Positions 10,823-21,640 of a DNA stretch of 61,776 bases are shown in pieces; position 1 is the stretch's first letter, and each line of letters starts with the position of its first letter. The notes beneath the pieces are model-generated. The model had not been told where the DNA came from and did not search any database. It saw nothing but the letters and a program-made list of their open reading frames with translations. Source of the DNA: Macrostomum lignano. Its lineage: Eukaryota. The DNA lies in NCBI GenBank assembly GCA_002269645.1, contig NIVC01004072.1, forward strand, positions 1 through 61,776, given 5' to 3'. Made by a program: the position numbers and the translations under genes.

Positions 10823-11512
10823 ATGCGAACTAACGAGAGTAGTAGTTTTCAACGAATGTATCTAGTACCTGAATCTGTGTATCAATCTGCATGTCAAGGT
10901 GCAGAGCAAGGATCGTCACCAACTGCTGAGACACCTCGAAAAACTGAAGTTTTAGACGCACCGCAAGATGCTCTGGCAAAAAATATGGTGGAAATGAGAG
11001 ACCAAATGGATAACTTGGACAAGGAAATGGAAAAGGAGCCAAATTACACAGCTCAATTGAAACGAAGCAGATTGGAAGACAAACTTTTAAAATTGCGCAA
11101 AGTCTATCGCACTGGAGACGAGGACAATCTGTCACTTGTTCGCAAAGGGACTACTGTAAGAAGTTCATATGCCAGCGAATCAAGGGAAATTCCTAAAGTT
11201 TTTTTACCACGTTTCGAAGCTCTCGCTCAAAACCTATTTTCGGACATGGACAAGAATGCAGAACCAATGCTGGCTAATTTGACTGATGCCGAGATACAAG
11301 ATCTCATGGAATATGTTGTTCGAGACAGACCGCTTAAGCGACACGAGACTCAACCGCCTAGTGGACTAAAAACATTTTTAGACTTTCTTCGAAAACGTGG
11401 AATCGCAGCAAACCAAATCGGGCGTCATGTACGAAACGAGCTAATGTCTGCTCCAAAAACTGTTGCAAAGGAGGATCTTAGTCTGTTTGAAAATTATCAA
11501 ACACTGAATTAA
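10823..11512 (+). CDS. Conserved Polinton protein of unknown function
   Basis: 229-aa ORF between the small virion protein and integrase, with RMYLVP at the N-terminus and PSGLKTFLDFL...IG at the C-terminus. Confidence 0.55.
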   Translation: MRTNESSSFQRMYLVPESVYQSACQGAEQGSSPTAETPRKTEVLDAPQDALAKNMVEMRDQMDNLDKEMEKEPNYTAQLKRSRLEDKLLKLRKVYRTGDEDNLSLVRKGTTVRSSYASESREIPKVFLPRFEALAQNLFSDMDKNAEPMLANLTDAEIQDLMEYVVRDRPLKRHETQPPSGLKTFLDFLRKRGIAANQIGRHVRNELMSAPKTVAKEDLSLFENYQTLN

Positions 11513-11793
11513 GTTGTTTTAAAATTACAGATTACGTTTTAACAAAATTGATTCGAGCACTATAAGCTTTTTAAAAAGGTTAATTTTTTGTTTATGAAAA
11601 ATATATAGTTTAATAAGACAAACCATGTCATCTATCTTCCAAAAACTTTTGATTCGTCTCTGTGAGTTTTTTTGCATAAAATCTGAATGTGTGCCGTTTC
11701 TGGGAAAGGAGCACAACGAGGATACTGACGGAGATTCGATCGAGGCTTCGTTCTTTTGTTGCAACTGTCAAACGACTAGCATCAATCTAACTG

Positions 11794-12954
11794 ATGATGA
11801 AGCGAGTGCGTAAGGAAATTGAAGAATTTTTGACGGATGCTTTTTTTAACTTGAACAGGCCTACTTCATTTAGTGGTAACAAGACTATACTTGTTCGTGA
11901 AGTACGTAAAAAGTTTCCACAGATTACGAACAAAGTTGCAAAGCGCGAAGTTGATAATTGGGTGCGATCAACAAATGAGCATCATTTATTTCGAAAAACA
12001 CGACGAAACTTTCCAACTCCAAAAATTAGTGTGCCACCAGTTGCAAAGTTTCAGTTTCAAATCGATTTGGCAGATTTACCTCAATACAAGACGGAAAATC
12101 GAGGTTATCGTTACATACTTGTTCTTATCGACTGTTTTACTAGAGTTGTACGACTAAGACCATTGCGTACAAAGAAGCCTTCAGAAGTTAGTCAAGTATT
12201 ACTAGAGATTTTTCGAAGTGGTTTTAAGCCTGTTTATTTACAAGGTGATGCTGGTATGGAGTTTCTCGGAAGAGCTACACGTCAAATGCTGAAACAGGAA
12301 GGAGTTCGATTTTTTGTTAGCCAAAGCAATTACAAGGCAAGCATGGCTGAACGATTTATCCGCTCGTTAAAGGAACGTCTATTACGATACTTTCGAGCAA
12401 AAAATTTACCTCGATGGTTTGACATTTTACCGCAATTGGAAGATAATTTCAACTCTAGTCCTCATCGATCCTTGAGTGGAGAAACACCAAAACGGGTAGA
12501 GACAGACCCGCATTTACAAGGAATTTTGTGGGACAAAATGTTTGCGAAGTCGTACACTAAAAAGAATGAGAATAAATTTAAAGTTGGTGATTGGGTTAGA
12601 ATTACACGACGTCGAGGAACATTTGAAAAAGGATACACTACGACTTGGAGTAATTCAAAATATCGCATTCATCGTGTACACTTGACAGACCCGCCAATGT
12701 ACGAATTAGTGGACCCTGAAGATGGATTTGAAGTGCTGAAAGGAAGGTTTAACCAAGCGGAACTAATGTTGGTAAACGAGACAGATGAAACACCTAATGA
12801 AATTGAAAAAGTTATTGAAACTGATCGAGCGAAAAATGGAAGTCGTCTGTATCTAGTAAAATGGAAAGGTATGCCAATCTCAAGAAGTCAGTGGTTAAAC
12901 GAAAATGATCTTGACGCAAAGACTGCTAAACTATTTTCTAAAGTGTATAAGTAA
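11794..12954 (+). CDS. Retroviral-like (rve) integrase with C-terminal chromodomain
   Basis: DDE triad in IDLAD / QGDAGMEF / AERFIRSLK. Chromodomain IEKVI...YLVKWKG...QWLNENDL. Confidence 0.95.
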   Translation: MMKRVRKEIEEFLTDAFFNLNRPTSFSGNKTILVREVRKKFPQITNKVAKREVDNWVRSTNEHHLFRKTRRNFPTPKISVPPVAKFQFQIDLADLPQYKTENRGYRYILVLIDCFTRVVRLRPLRTKKPSEVSQVLLEIFRSGFKPVYLQGDAGMEFLGRATRQMLKQEGVRFFVSQSNYKASMAERFIRSLKERLLRYFRAKNLPRWFDILPQLEDNFNSSPHRSLSGETPKRVETDPHLQGILWDKMFAKSYTKKNENKFKVGDWVRITRRRGTFEKGYTTTWSNSKYRIHRVHLTDPPMYELVDPEDGFEVLKGRFNQAELMLVNETDETPNEIEKVIETDRAKNGSRLYLVKWKGMPISRSQWLNENDLDAKTAKLFSKVYK

Positions 12955-12962
12955 CACATGAA

Positions 12963-13454
12963 TTGGGATTGCATGACGAAGAGAAGACTGTTGAAATGGA
13001 TCCTATTTTTGCTTTTTATTCTGGTCCGAATAGATCTGCTGAAGGTGGAGGTGGATATGGCATTCCTGTTTACGAAGGTTACGGTTTTTTGTCAAATTTG
13101 GCGGACAGATTGGTGTATCCTGTACTACGCAACGCAAAGAAAGATTTCTTGGATCGTGGTCTGGAGTATTTGAAAAGTGCGACAGCAAAAATTGGTATGG
13201 GTCGGAAGCGTCACTTGGACACAGAATCGAGCGAAGAGATGTTTAATACAACTGCAGTTTCGAGACCAAAGCGAAGGAAAAGAACCAGTGGAGTGGCTAT
13301 AAGCTTAGGAAAGAAGAAACGGCAAAAGAAACGACGAACAAGACAGTGTGGAAAGGGACGCGTGAACAAAAGAAAACGCAAGAAGACCGGTGGTATAGGA
13401 AAACGTCGAACTGCTACTGCAAGCAAGAAACTTTTTAGTCTGTTTGAAAAGTAG
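12963..13454 (+). CDS. Basic core/DNA-condensing-like protein (pVII-like position upstream of MCP)
   Basis: GGGGYGIPVYEGYG N-terminal motif and a very Arg/Lys-rich C-terminal half. Confidence 0.6.
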   Translation: MGLHDEEKTVEMDPIFAFYSGPNRSAEGGGGYGIPVYEGYGFLSNLADRLVYPVLRNAKKDFLDRGLEYLKSATAKIGMGRKRHLDTESSEEMFNTTAVSRPKRRKRTSGVAISLGKKKRQKKRRTRQCGKGRVNKRKRKKTGGIGKRRTATASKKLFSLFEK

Positions 13455-13455
13455 C

Positions 13456-14539
13456 ATGAACCATTTGCTTGGACCTGATATTGCTGCTCTTAAAAGTGAA
13501 TTGTCGCTATTTGATCAAAGTCCTGTTCAGTTTAGTGTTTTGGATAATCGATATACTAACATTCAACCGCAACATGGTATTACAAAAGGATCACCTATCG
13601 AATTTGAAGTTGTGCCTGCAGGCGATTTGTATTTGGATCTACAAGAAACTGTGCTCACGGTATGCTTCAGCGTTAGTGATAGTGAAGGTGAACCTATAGA
13701 TGCAACGAAAAATTTTGTTTGTTTGAATAATTTGGTTATTGGAACATTGTTTGAGGACGTTCAATTTACTATTGGCGATACTGTAGTTGAAGGTGGTAGT
13801 TTTATGTATCCATACAAGGCTATGCTTCTTACATTACTGGAATATGGACATACAGCTCAGAAGGCTGGTTTACTGCCGTGGGGGTTTTACAAGGATACAG
13901 CTGGTAAAATGAATGCAACAAGTGAAAACGATGGACGAACAAAGAGGCAGGCGCTCATTGCTAACAATAGGCGGTGCACTGTATCGGGGCCGTTATTCTT
14001 GGATTTGTTTCGTCAGCCTCGGTATCTACTATCAAAGACACCACTACGGATCAAGCTCATACCGGCAAAAAGTAAATTTGTCCTGAGCGGGTCAACATTA
14101 GAAGCTGGTGCGGTTTTAAAAGACTATGAGATCAAGTTTTTGCGTGCAGAACTACGATTGCGGTTTGTTCAACCCTCGCCGAGTGTTATCAGTGCACATG
14201 CTCATGGACTTAAAAGTCACAATGCATTATATCCGCACCGAAGTCTAAGCCTTGGTACGTTTACTATACCCCGAGGATCGTCTAGCCATACGCATGAAAA
14301 TTTGTTTCCTAGTGGGGTACCACGGCTTTTATTGATGGCAATCGTAAGCAACAAGGCATTCAATGGAAGCATGGACACAAATCCGTTCAACTTTGAGCAT
14401 GCAAATGTGAGCAGCATTGGTGTGTTTGTGAATGGAGACTCGGTACCATCGCGTCCGCTGCAGACAAACTTTGGAGATGATTGTGTGACAGAGTATAATT
14501 TTTTGCTACAACAGCTTGGAATCTATCTACAGGGACGAG
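13456..14539 (+). CDS. Major capsid protein (double jelly-roll), 5' part, interrupted by the nested element
   Basis: ELSLFDQSPVQ, PIEFEV, LYLDLQET, LFRQPRYLLS, NPFNFEHANV, typical of Polinton MCP. Prematurely stopped by TAA at 14545-14547 inside the insert. Confidence 0.93.
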
Positions 14540-15770
14540 ACTACTAAGGACTGGTAGATCCGCCCTTTTTGGAGGTGGGGTGGGTGTCAACCCTCCTCGC
14601 CTCTCATTGGCTGGCGCGCGCGCCGCAGGCGCGTGGCGCCATCCAGGCGCCAATTAGGCGCCCATGCCGCAGGCGCACCCTCCCGATATGTACCCCGATA
14701 TGTATGCCCTCCCTCCCGATATGTATGCCCACCCTCCCGATATGTACCCCGATATGTATGCCCTCCCTCCCGATATGTATGCCCTCCAGAGCAGCAGGCG
14801 CCCATGCTGCAGGCGCCCATGCCGCAGGCACCCCGAGTGTACACTCTCGCGATATGTACACTCTACCACTCTCCCGATATGTAAGATATCTAGTCAGCGA
14901 TATTAGGCTAGTGAAAACTACTTATAGTAGATGAAATTGCGTATATTTACATAAAAAGTAGATAAAACATATTGGTAGGTGTGAATAATGACGCATAATA
15001 CATATTGGACCATATGAGCAGCAAAAACACACAATGTAGGTGCATGGGCAGAAATAGACAAAGCAGGTACTGTAGGCGCTACATAGGTGGAAATACACAC
15101 AGTATATTGCACACACTCTAGATTCCAATTATGTAGGTGCATACATACACACAATGTAGGTGCAAATTGAGTATAATACAAGAAAATTACATAGCATATA
15201 ATGTAGGCGCATTTTAAACGATACATTTTTGCATAATAACCCGCAGGTACAAATTTCAGTGCATAGGATAAAATACACACACTGGAAGTTAAGTATAATA
15301 CAACATATGTATGCAAAATTAAGCATATAATGTAGGTGCAAAGTAAAATATCCAGCCCAGGATATTCGAGACACGCCCCCAGAGCCAGGGCCGGGGGATC
15401 CCAATGTACAGTGCGGGCGGAGTAACATAGAGAAATTCCTCCCCAGGGCCGGGGGATCCCAAGTACAGTTCAGGCAGAGAGCATTCCAATCCTCCCCAAA
15501 TGGGGGGTTATCAAGGACCCCTCACATTGCACAGGGCGGGCAGAATAACAGACCGCATACAAATAGGGGTTTTAGCGGATCCCAAGTACAGTGCGGTCCC
15601 GGGTGTCAAATGATGCCCCAATGTACAGTGGAGGTAGAGTAACAGACCGCATACAAAGAGAATTCCAGTCAAACTTTACAGCACCTCCCACGGGGCTTTA
15701 GTGGATCCCCAGAGGGTAGCTCTCCAAGTTGAGGGATCCCCCCGTGTGTTGCGAGGCCCAAGTACAATGC
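14540..15770 (+). repeat. Left TIR of nested element (~1.23 kb)
   Basis: Reverse complement of about 21641-22994. The mirrored spurious ORFs 14918-15316(-) and 22190-22552(+) are near identical. Confidence 0.93.
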
Positions 15771-15873
15771 GGGTGTAAAACCATTTTCATCCCCACGAGT
15801 CAAGGGATCCCAAGTGGGCACATAGGGGAATCCCAGGCAGGGAGGCGTAAAAAGACAGATCCTTATCTTTCAC

Positions 15874-18800
15874 TCACTCCCGAAAGCCATACGGGCGGCT
15901 AGCAGCCCCATACACCCTCTTAGTCATTACGCGCTGGAAAGTCTTGTCCATCTCGAGGGTCCGGATTGTACAGCTAGCCTTATCGCGCCTGAACTGGGCC
16001 TGGGGCAGGCGTACAGTCCCGCCGTGACGCAGAATTTCCTGCAGCTCGTCCTCGCGCTCGGAAATCTCGGGGGTGACTCTGATGCCCTTGCACTTGAGCA
16101 CCGAGTACAGCGACCCGTCGGGCTTCTCCACTAAGTACCGGTAGAGCTTGGGGCCTCCCGTGGTGAACTGTACCATGCGGCAGCCAGCAGGTACCTCGTC
16201 AGTCCACTGCCCCAAACTCGAACCGCCCGGAGGCTCGTACTCGCCCGGGGAGCAGCGGTATACAACCCTGGGAGAAGGAGGAGAATAAAGTGTTAAGGGG
16301 AGAAAGAGAGACAGAGACAGTGAAAAAATTACTTACGAATCGGTATCGGCGTAAATGACTCGGGTTCCTAGGCCCTCCAGAGCCTCGTAGAGTCGCAGCC
16401 GGGCGTGGGAGGTGGTGAAAACGCCAATAGGTACATTAGCGTACTTGAACGCCCGCTCGCCAGCACCGCCAAATCGGGGCTTGTACTCGAGCATCATGAA
16501 GCTCTCCCCAATTGGCTCGCACGACTTGACCTTGATCGAGGGTCGGTCAGGCGCTGCAGCCACGCCTCGTAGCTGTCCACAATCTCTGTGGAGGTCAGGT
16601 CGTCGCGCTGGCAGAATTTGCCCCAGAGCCTGCAGGGAAAAATAAATTTTTTTTTGTAAGTAGAAAAACACGGCCCCCACTGCAAGTAGAAAAAACTTAC
16701 GAGTTTAGAAAAATCTTGGCCACAAAGCGCAAGCCAGGATTCTCCTCCACCTTTTCCAGCCGGACGCCTTCGCGCTCGAAAAAGCTGGCCATGTAGGCAG
16801 CCTTGGCGTCCTCAGCCATCCCCGGCGAACCGCTAGACTCGGCTTTGAGCTTCAAAAAAGTGTTTACATAATCTGCAAACAGACCCGTGCGAGTCTCGGT
16901 CCAATAGGCCAGGGCATGAACTGACTGCAGCTTGTAACCCAACTGCAGGGCTTTGTGGAGCTCTGGGGTCGACCACGTGCCGCGGAGCATTCTCTCAGCG
17001 TCAGTGTGTGTACACTCGCTGCTGCACTGGGTCTCCATGCAGACGCGGCAGAGGCCGAAAACCAACTTCTTGTTAATCTTGGCGGGCAGTAGCGGGATGT
17101 GGAGATTGGTTGGCGGCAGAATTGACACCTCGGCGATGCCAAAATACCGGGCCAGCTGCAGCTCATCCAGTAGATGAGGCTCGGGGTGGTGTACCGGGTG
17201 CCCGACCGGGTACTTGTCAAACTTGTTGACAGTCGGGTAGAGCGACACCTAGGGGATAAGGATAAGATAAACTCAAACGCATGTCAACTGTGTGTGTACA
17301 AGTGTACAAACTTACCACATCCCGATAGCGCAGCTCTACAGTCTCGGTGGCCTCGGCGTGCGGGACAAAAGCCTCGGTACGGCCGCCAAACAGGGCTTCC
17401 TCCAGGCGAATAGGCTGCTGGACTGGCGCTCCCTCGTCCTGATAGTCGTGCTCCCACAGAACACGCACATTGTATGCAGTGGAGAGCAGCCGGGTGAAGC
17501 GCTCGGTCTCTTCATAAATTGCCCGCATTGGCTGGTTCTTGAGCGGGTGCAGCACGTCGCCGTTGGGGAAGCACTTGGGACAGCCATGGAAGAAACAGCC
17601 ATGAAACTGCAGCACTGTCCTGGTCTCTGGGTCGAAGCCGTCGACCTTACGGCCCATGGCGAAAGCCTCGCCGCCAGAATCGGCTGTCCTCAACCGGCCG
17701 CCAAACTCGGTTGCATTTAAATGTGCCAGCCAGCACCGCGCCTTGTGCGACTGTACATCCGATCGGCGGGAAATCACCCCAAGAGTGTTGGGCTCCATAA
17801 ACTTGGTGGTGAATACCGACATGGCCAAGCCCGCAATGGTGTTGGATTGGACAAATGCGTCCAGTCCGCAAATGTCCTTAATCAGGCGGGCATATTTCAG
17901 GCAGCCTTCCCGCAAAATTAACGTGTCCTGCAGGCAATAGTCCAGGTACGCCTTATTAAAATTAAACACCTGTCCCTCCTGCTTGGCCAGCCAGTCGGCG
18001 ATGGAGTCATGCTGCTTATTCTTCTTCCCGCCGTACATATCAATTGAGCAGTAGGGACCGACGTACCCCCAATTTTGAGGCTGATTGAACACGTGCGGGA
18101 AATCTCCTTTGGTCAGTTGGGTGCCCAAACCAAGCGCCTTTGGGAATTGCGCCAGACCAATAGGGATGAAATTGAGGCTGTCCTTGAAGGTGATCTTGTC
18201 GCACTTCATGTACATTAGGCGGCTGTTCTGGAAGATCACTTGCGGCTTCTTCTTGGCCAGTCCGTTGAGTAGGGCGCCGAGCAGGAGGAATGCGTCATAC
18301 GCAGAGCCATTGTGCGCAATTGCAATTGCCCCCTGCTTGAACACACTAGTCAGCCAGCAGTAAAAGGCATCGATAGAGTGCGGCCCAACCGAAACAAACT
18401 CTCGCATCCCACAGGCACAGTCATTGTGCGAGACACAGCTCGTAAAATCCAGCGCCAGATTGCGTCCCGCAATGCAATTGGCTGAGCTGTGTAGTCCCCC
18501 GCACGCGCTGCAGCGGGGCCTGGGGAAGAGTTTGGGACACGCCTCGCAGGAGGTGGCAGCCGTAACCAAGTGTACCCGGTGCTGCTTGTCAGAGTCCAAG
18601 TACGTCTCGAAATCATAGTAAACATACGGGGCGCTAGACTCTTTGGCTTTGGGCGGGGTGACAAAGCACTCGTGGGTGGCAGTTTCGTCGTACTGCTTGC
18701 AGACTGGGCACTTGGCATAACCACACTGATGCTCAGGGGGCTGGCCTACTTTTAGTTCTTCTAGATAGCCACACGTGCCGCAAACGTGGACCGAATCACA

Positions 18801-20677
18801 GCGCGATCTGCCCGCCTTATTCTTGCGCTTGTGATTTTCTAGGCACTGAGCATTATAGCAATTTAGCCCGCAATCATGGCATCTTACATATGCGCGGTTT
18901 GCCTTACAGTTGGAGCCCGGAGTCTTGCATGTACTGCAGGCATCAGCGCACTTGTGCTTCTCATAATTGCAGTCGTAGGCCATCTCGCACTTGGGGCAGT
19001 AGTGATCGGAGCCGAAAAACGCAGGCAGCTTGGTGACCACATTAAAGTGCTGCTCGACCAGGTGTAGGTGCAGAATCTCGGTGCCAGGCAGGTTGAAGAT
19101 GCACCTGTTGGCCTCCTCTGCGCGGTACACGCGTACACCAAAATCGCGCCCCGGATGCAGCCGGTTCAGGGCACGGATCGCTTCGGGCAGTGCATCCACG
19201 CCGAAAGGACCAGCCTGCGAGACGGTTTGAAGAGTCTGTGTGGAGGGTAAAATATTTCTTTTAGTGTTCCTTATCGTAAAATTTCTTATCAGAAAATTTT
19301 AGTATTCCATGATACTGTGTAAAAATCTTATCAGAAAATATATCTTTTAGTATTCCATGATACTGTGTAAAAATCTCATCAGAAAATATTAGTATTCCAT
19401 GATACTGCGTAAAAATTCTTATCAGAAAAATACTAGAAACTTACCGTGTAGAGGCCTGCCTCGATTTGTAGCTCAGCCACCAGCTTAGTCTGCGTGGGCG
19501 AATTGGCCTTGATCGTGCGCCACACCTTCTCGGTGATGGACTTGGCCACGAATTGCAGGTAGGCGCAGGCCACGACCAGAGCGCGCAGCAGGCATCTCTT
19601 GTCCGAGTTGGTGATGCGGACATAGTGCTTTGAAAAAGCGTGCCTCTCTTCTAGATGCCTGTTCTCGAGAGCACATCCACCTCGAGGTACCCAGGCTTTT
19701 AGCAGACGGATAGAAAAGTTGCTCGACAGTACGCTTGCGTCTGACTGCACAATCTTGTCAATGTGCTTAAACAACAATTCAGCCGTCATGCGGGCTGCAC
19801 GCACCGGGGGAGTGTGGGCCGCTTTGAGCATGTTGTCGCTCTCGAATTTCGCGGCCATAAAGTCATCACCAGCCAAATCTTGCTTGAAAACTTCGAGCAT
19901 GTCGGCAAACACCTCCCGCAAATCTTCGGTGTTGGTAATACGCACCACATACTCGACACCCTTTGCCCTAAACTTGGGCAGGTCGCGTTGATTATCCAGC
20001 CGGGCCGTAAAACCTGCATGGGGGAATGGGGGAGTGTGAGTCAGCCAGGGTCTGTGTGGGAAATGGGGGGCGGGATAACTCACCCGGTCCGGTAACAGAT
20101 TCCGGCTGTGTTGGCGGGACAAACGCGTCTGAAAAAACACAAGGAGATAAAAAACCAGAAGAATCTGTCATTTTCCTGGCCCCAGCGTGTTTCCCCGCCC
20201 TAGCCCCAGCAATTTCTTAACAGAGTTTACTCTGCTGTCCCCGCAGCAACTCTCTGCAATTTCTTATCTGCACCCCCGCTGCAGCCTGTCGCAGCAGTCT
20301 TTGTTTACTCACCCCTGCAACTCTCTGTCGCAGCAATTTGCACCCCAGCTGCAGCCTGTCTGGACAACACCCCCTAGCAGCAATTTCTTATCAGCACACA
20401 CCCGGCTGTAACTTGTCTAGCCCTCCCCTGCAACTCTCTGTTACAGACCCTGCCGCAGCACCCCACCCTAGCAACTCCAGTCTAGACCCCTGCAGCTGTC
20501 GCAGCAGTCTTTGTTGTTTACTCTGCGGTCCCACAGACCCTGCAGCTGCTGCTGCTGCTCAGCCCCTACCCCCACCCTAGCAACTACAGTCTAGACAGAA
20601 ATTAATTAAAACTTACCATAAAGACGTTGCCTCTTGTCAGCCAGAAAAGCAGTTGCGTTGGCGCTGCGTTTAGCCAT
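15874..20677 (-). CDS. Protein-primed family B DNA polymerase (pPolB), 7 exons, ~1276 aa after one 1-nt correction
   Basis: Exons 20617-20677, 20084-20128, 19445-20013, 17316-19235, 16701-17248, 16337-16629 and 15874-16267, all GT-AG and phase compatible. vOTU-like SDKRCL...EQHF. ExoI YYDFET, ExoII AHNGSAYD, ExoIII YCLQDT. Vsr-like insert KVDGFDP...FHGCFFHGCPKC. Motif A DV|VSLYP, motif B KIFLNS|LWGKF, motif C YADTDS|VVY, then KCKGI. Exon 6 is 293 nt, one short, with a frameshift at GGG 16540-16542. Confidence 0.95.
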
Positions 20678-20751
20678 TTTGCAAACAGAGAGCGTGAGAG
20701 AGCGAGCGGAGAGAGAAGGATTATCTCTCTACCCTGGCTCTGGGGGGTCTG

Positions 20752-20874
20752 TATATATACTAAAAAATCTGCTCAGCTCGCCTGTTATTGGTCAATCGCC
20801 AAAAACCAACCAAAATCATCAAAAATCACCCCCAAAATCACCACCCACCCCACCCTCCATCCGGGGGTATATAA
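20752..20874. promoter_or_regulatory. Putative bidirectional Pol II promoter between pPolB and the PC4-like gene
   Basis: TATATATA at 20752-20759 (~75 bp upstream of the pPolB ATG), TATATAA at 20868-20874 (~50 bp upstream of ATG 20924), and ATTGG between them. Confidence 0.6.
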
Positions 20875-20923
20875 GGCGCTGCACGGCTGTTAGAGAGCTC
20901 TCTGCTGCTGCTGCTGCTAAATC

Positions 20924-21421
20924 ATGTCTTCTATCTCTCTATACGAAAACTTTGTGGCGCGGAAGCCCACATTTGAAACTGAACACAACTTGATTGAAAT
21001 TCGGCGTCTCTACACCAACGAGGCCGGAGTGTGGAAGGACGGCTTCCCTGCAATCTACTTGAGCGAGCCAGAGTGGAAGAAGCTCGAAGCTGCGCGCCCT
21101 GACCTGGAGGCTGCTGCCCGCCTTCACGTGAACAAGCGGGTCCTGTTGGGCAATTTCAAGGCAGTTGAAGCTTCGCGAGGGAGGATCCGTTTGCTGCGCA
21201 ATTGGCTCAATCAGGACCCAAAGTTTAATTGGCGCTACACGATCGAATTCACGCCTGAACTGTGGCGCAGGATGTTTGCCGCCCGTTTGGACAAGCTCTT
21301 CAAGCCGGCACCTGAGGCACCCCCTCCAGCCAAGCGAGTCAAGACAGAGGACAATCTGCAGGACTGCCTTGACAGCATCAAACCCTACCCTTGGGGAAAT
21401 CTGTTTGACGAGGGTTGCTAA
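20924..21421 (+). CDS. Tandem PC4-like ssDNA-binding protein
   Basis: Two PC4-like repeats: IEIRRLY...GVWKDGFPAIYLSEPEWKKL and IRLLRNW...YTIEFTPELWRRM. A possible further GT-AG intron starts at 21463. Confidence 0.65.
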   Translation: MSSISLYENFVARKPTFETEHNLIEIRRLYTNEAGVWKDGFPAIYLSEPEWKKLEAARPDLEAAARLHVNKRVLLGNFKAVEASRGRIRLLRNWLNQDPKFNWRYTIEFTPELWRRMFAARLDKLFKPAPEAPPPAKRVKTEDNLQDCLDSIKPYPWGNLFDEGC

Positions 21422-21640
21422 TTGAGGCGTGCCGCATCCGTACAGCGCGAACCCGATTTTTGGTAAGCTTAATTTCATATAAATCGTATATAAATTACAT
21501 ATAATCTGTCTACATTGAATATTTTTTACTTTGACAGATGTTTCGAGAGCGCTGATGAGGAGGAGACTGCCCTGGCTGAAGATCGCGCTCGAGTTTGACT
21601 GATAAGGGAATTTCTCTTTGTACTCTGTTACTCTCTGCAT

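Noticed and set aside
14917-14930. ACTACTTATAGTAG near-palindrome inside the inner TIR, resembling a terminal junction
   Set aside because: Short and imperfect, the order does not match an inner-element circle junction, and there is no TSD.
14569-15428. Many 80-130-aa ORFs in the left inner TIR, mirrored at 21740-22965
   Set aside because: Low-complexity translations of TIR repeats, duplicated in inverted orientation, with no protein motifs.
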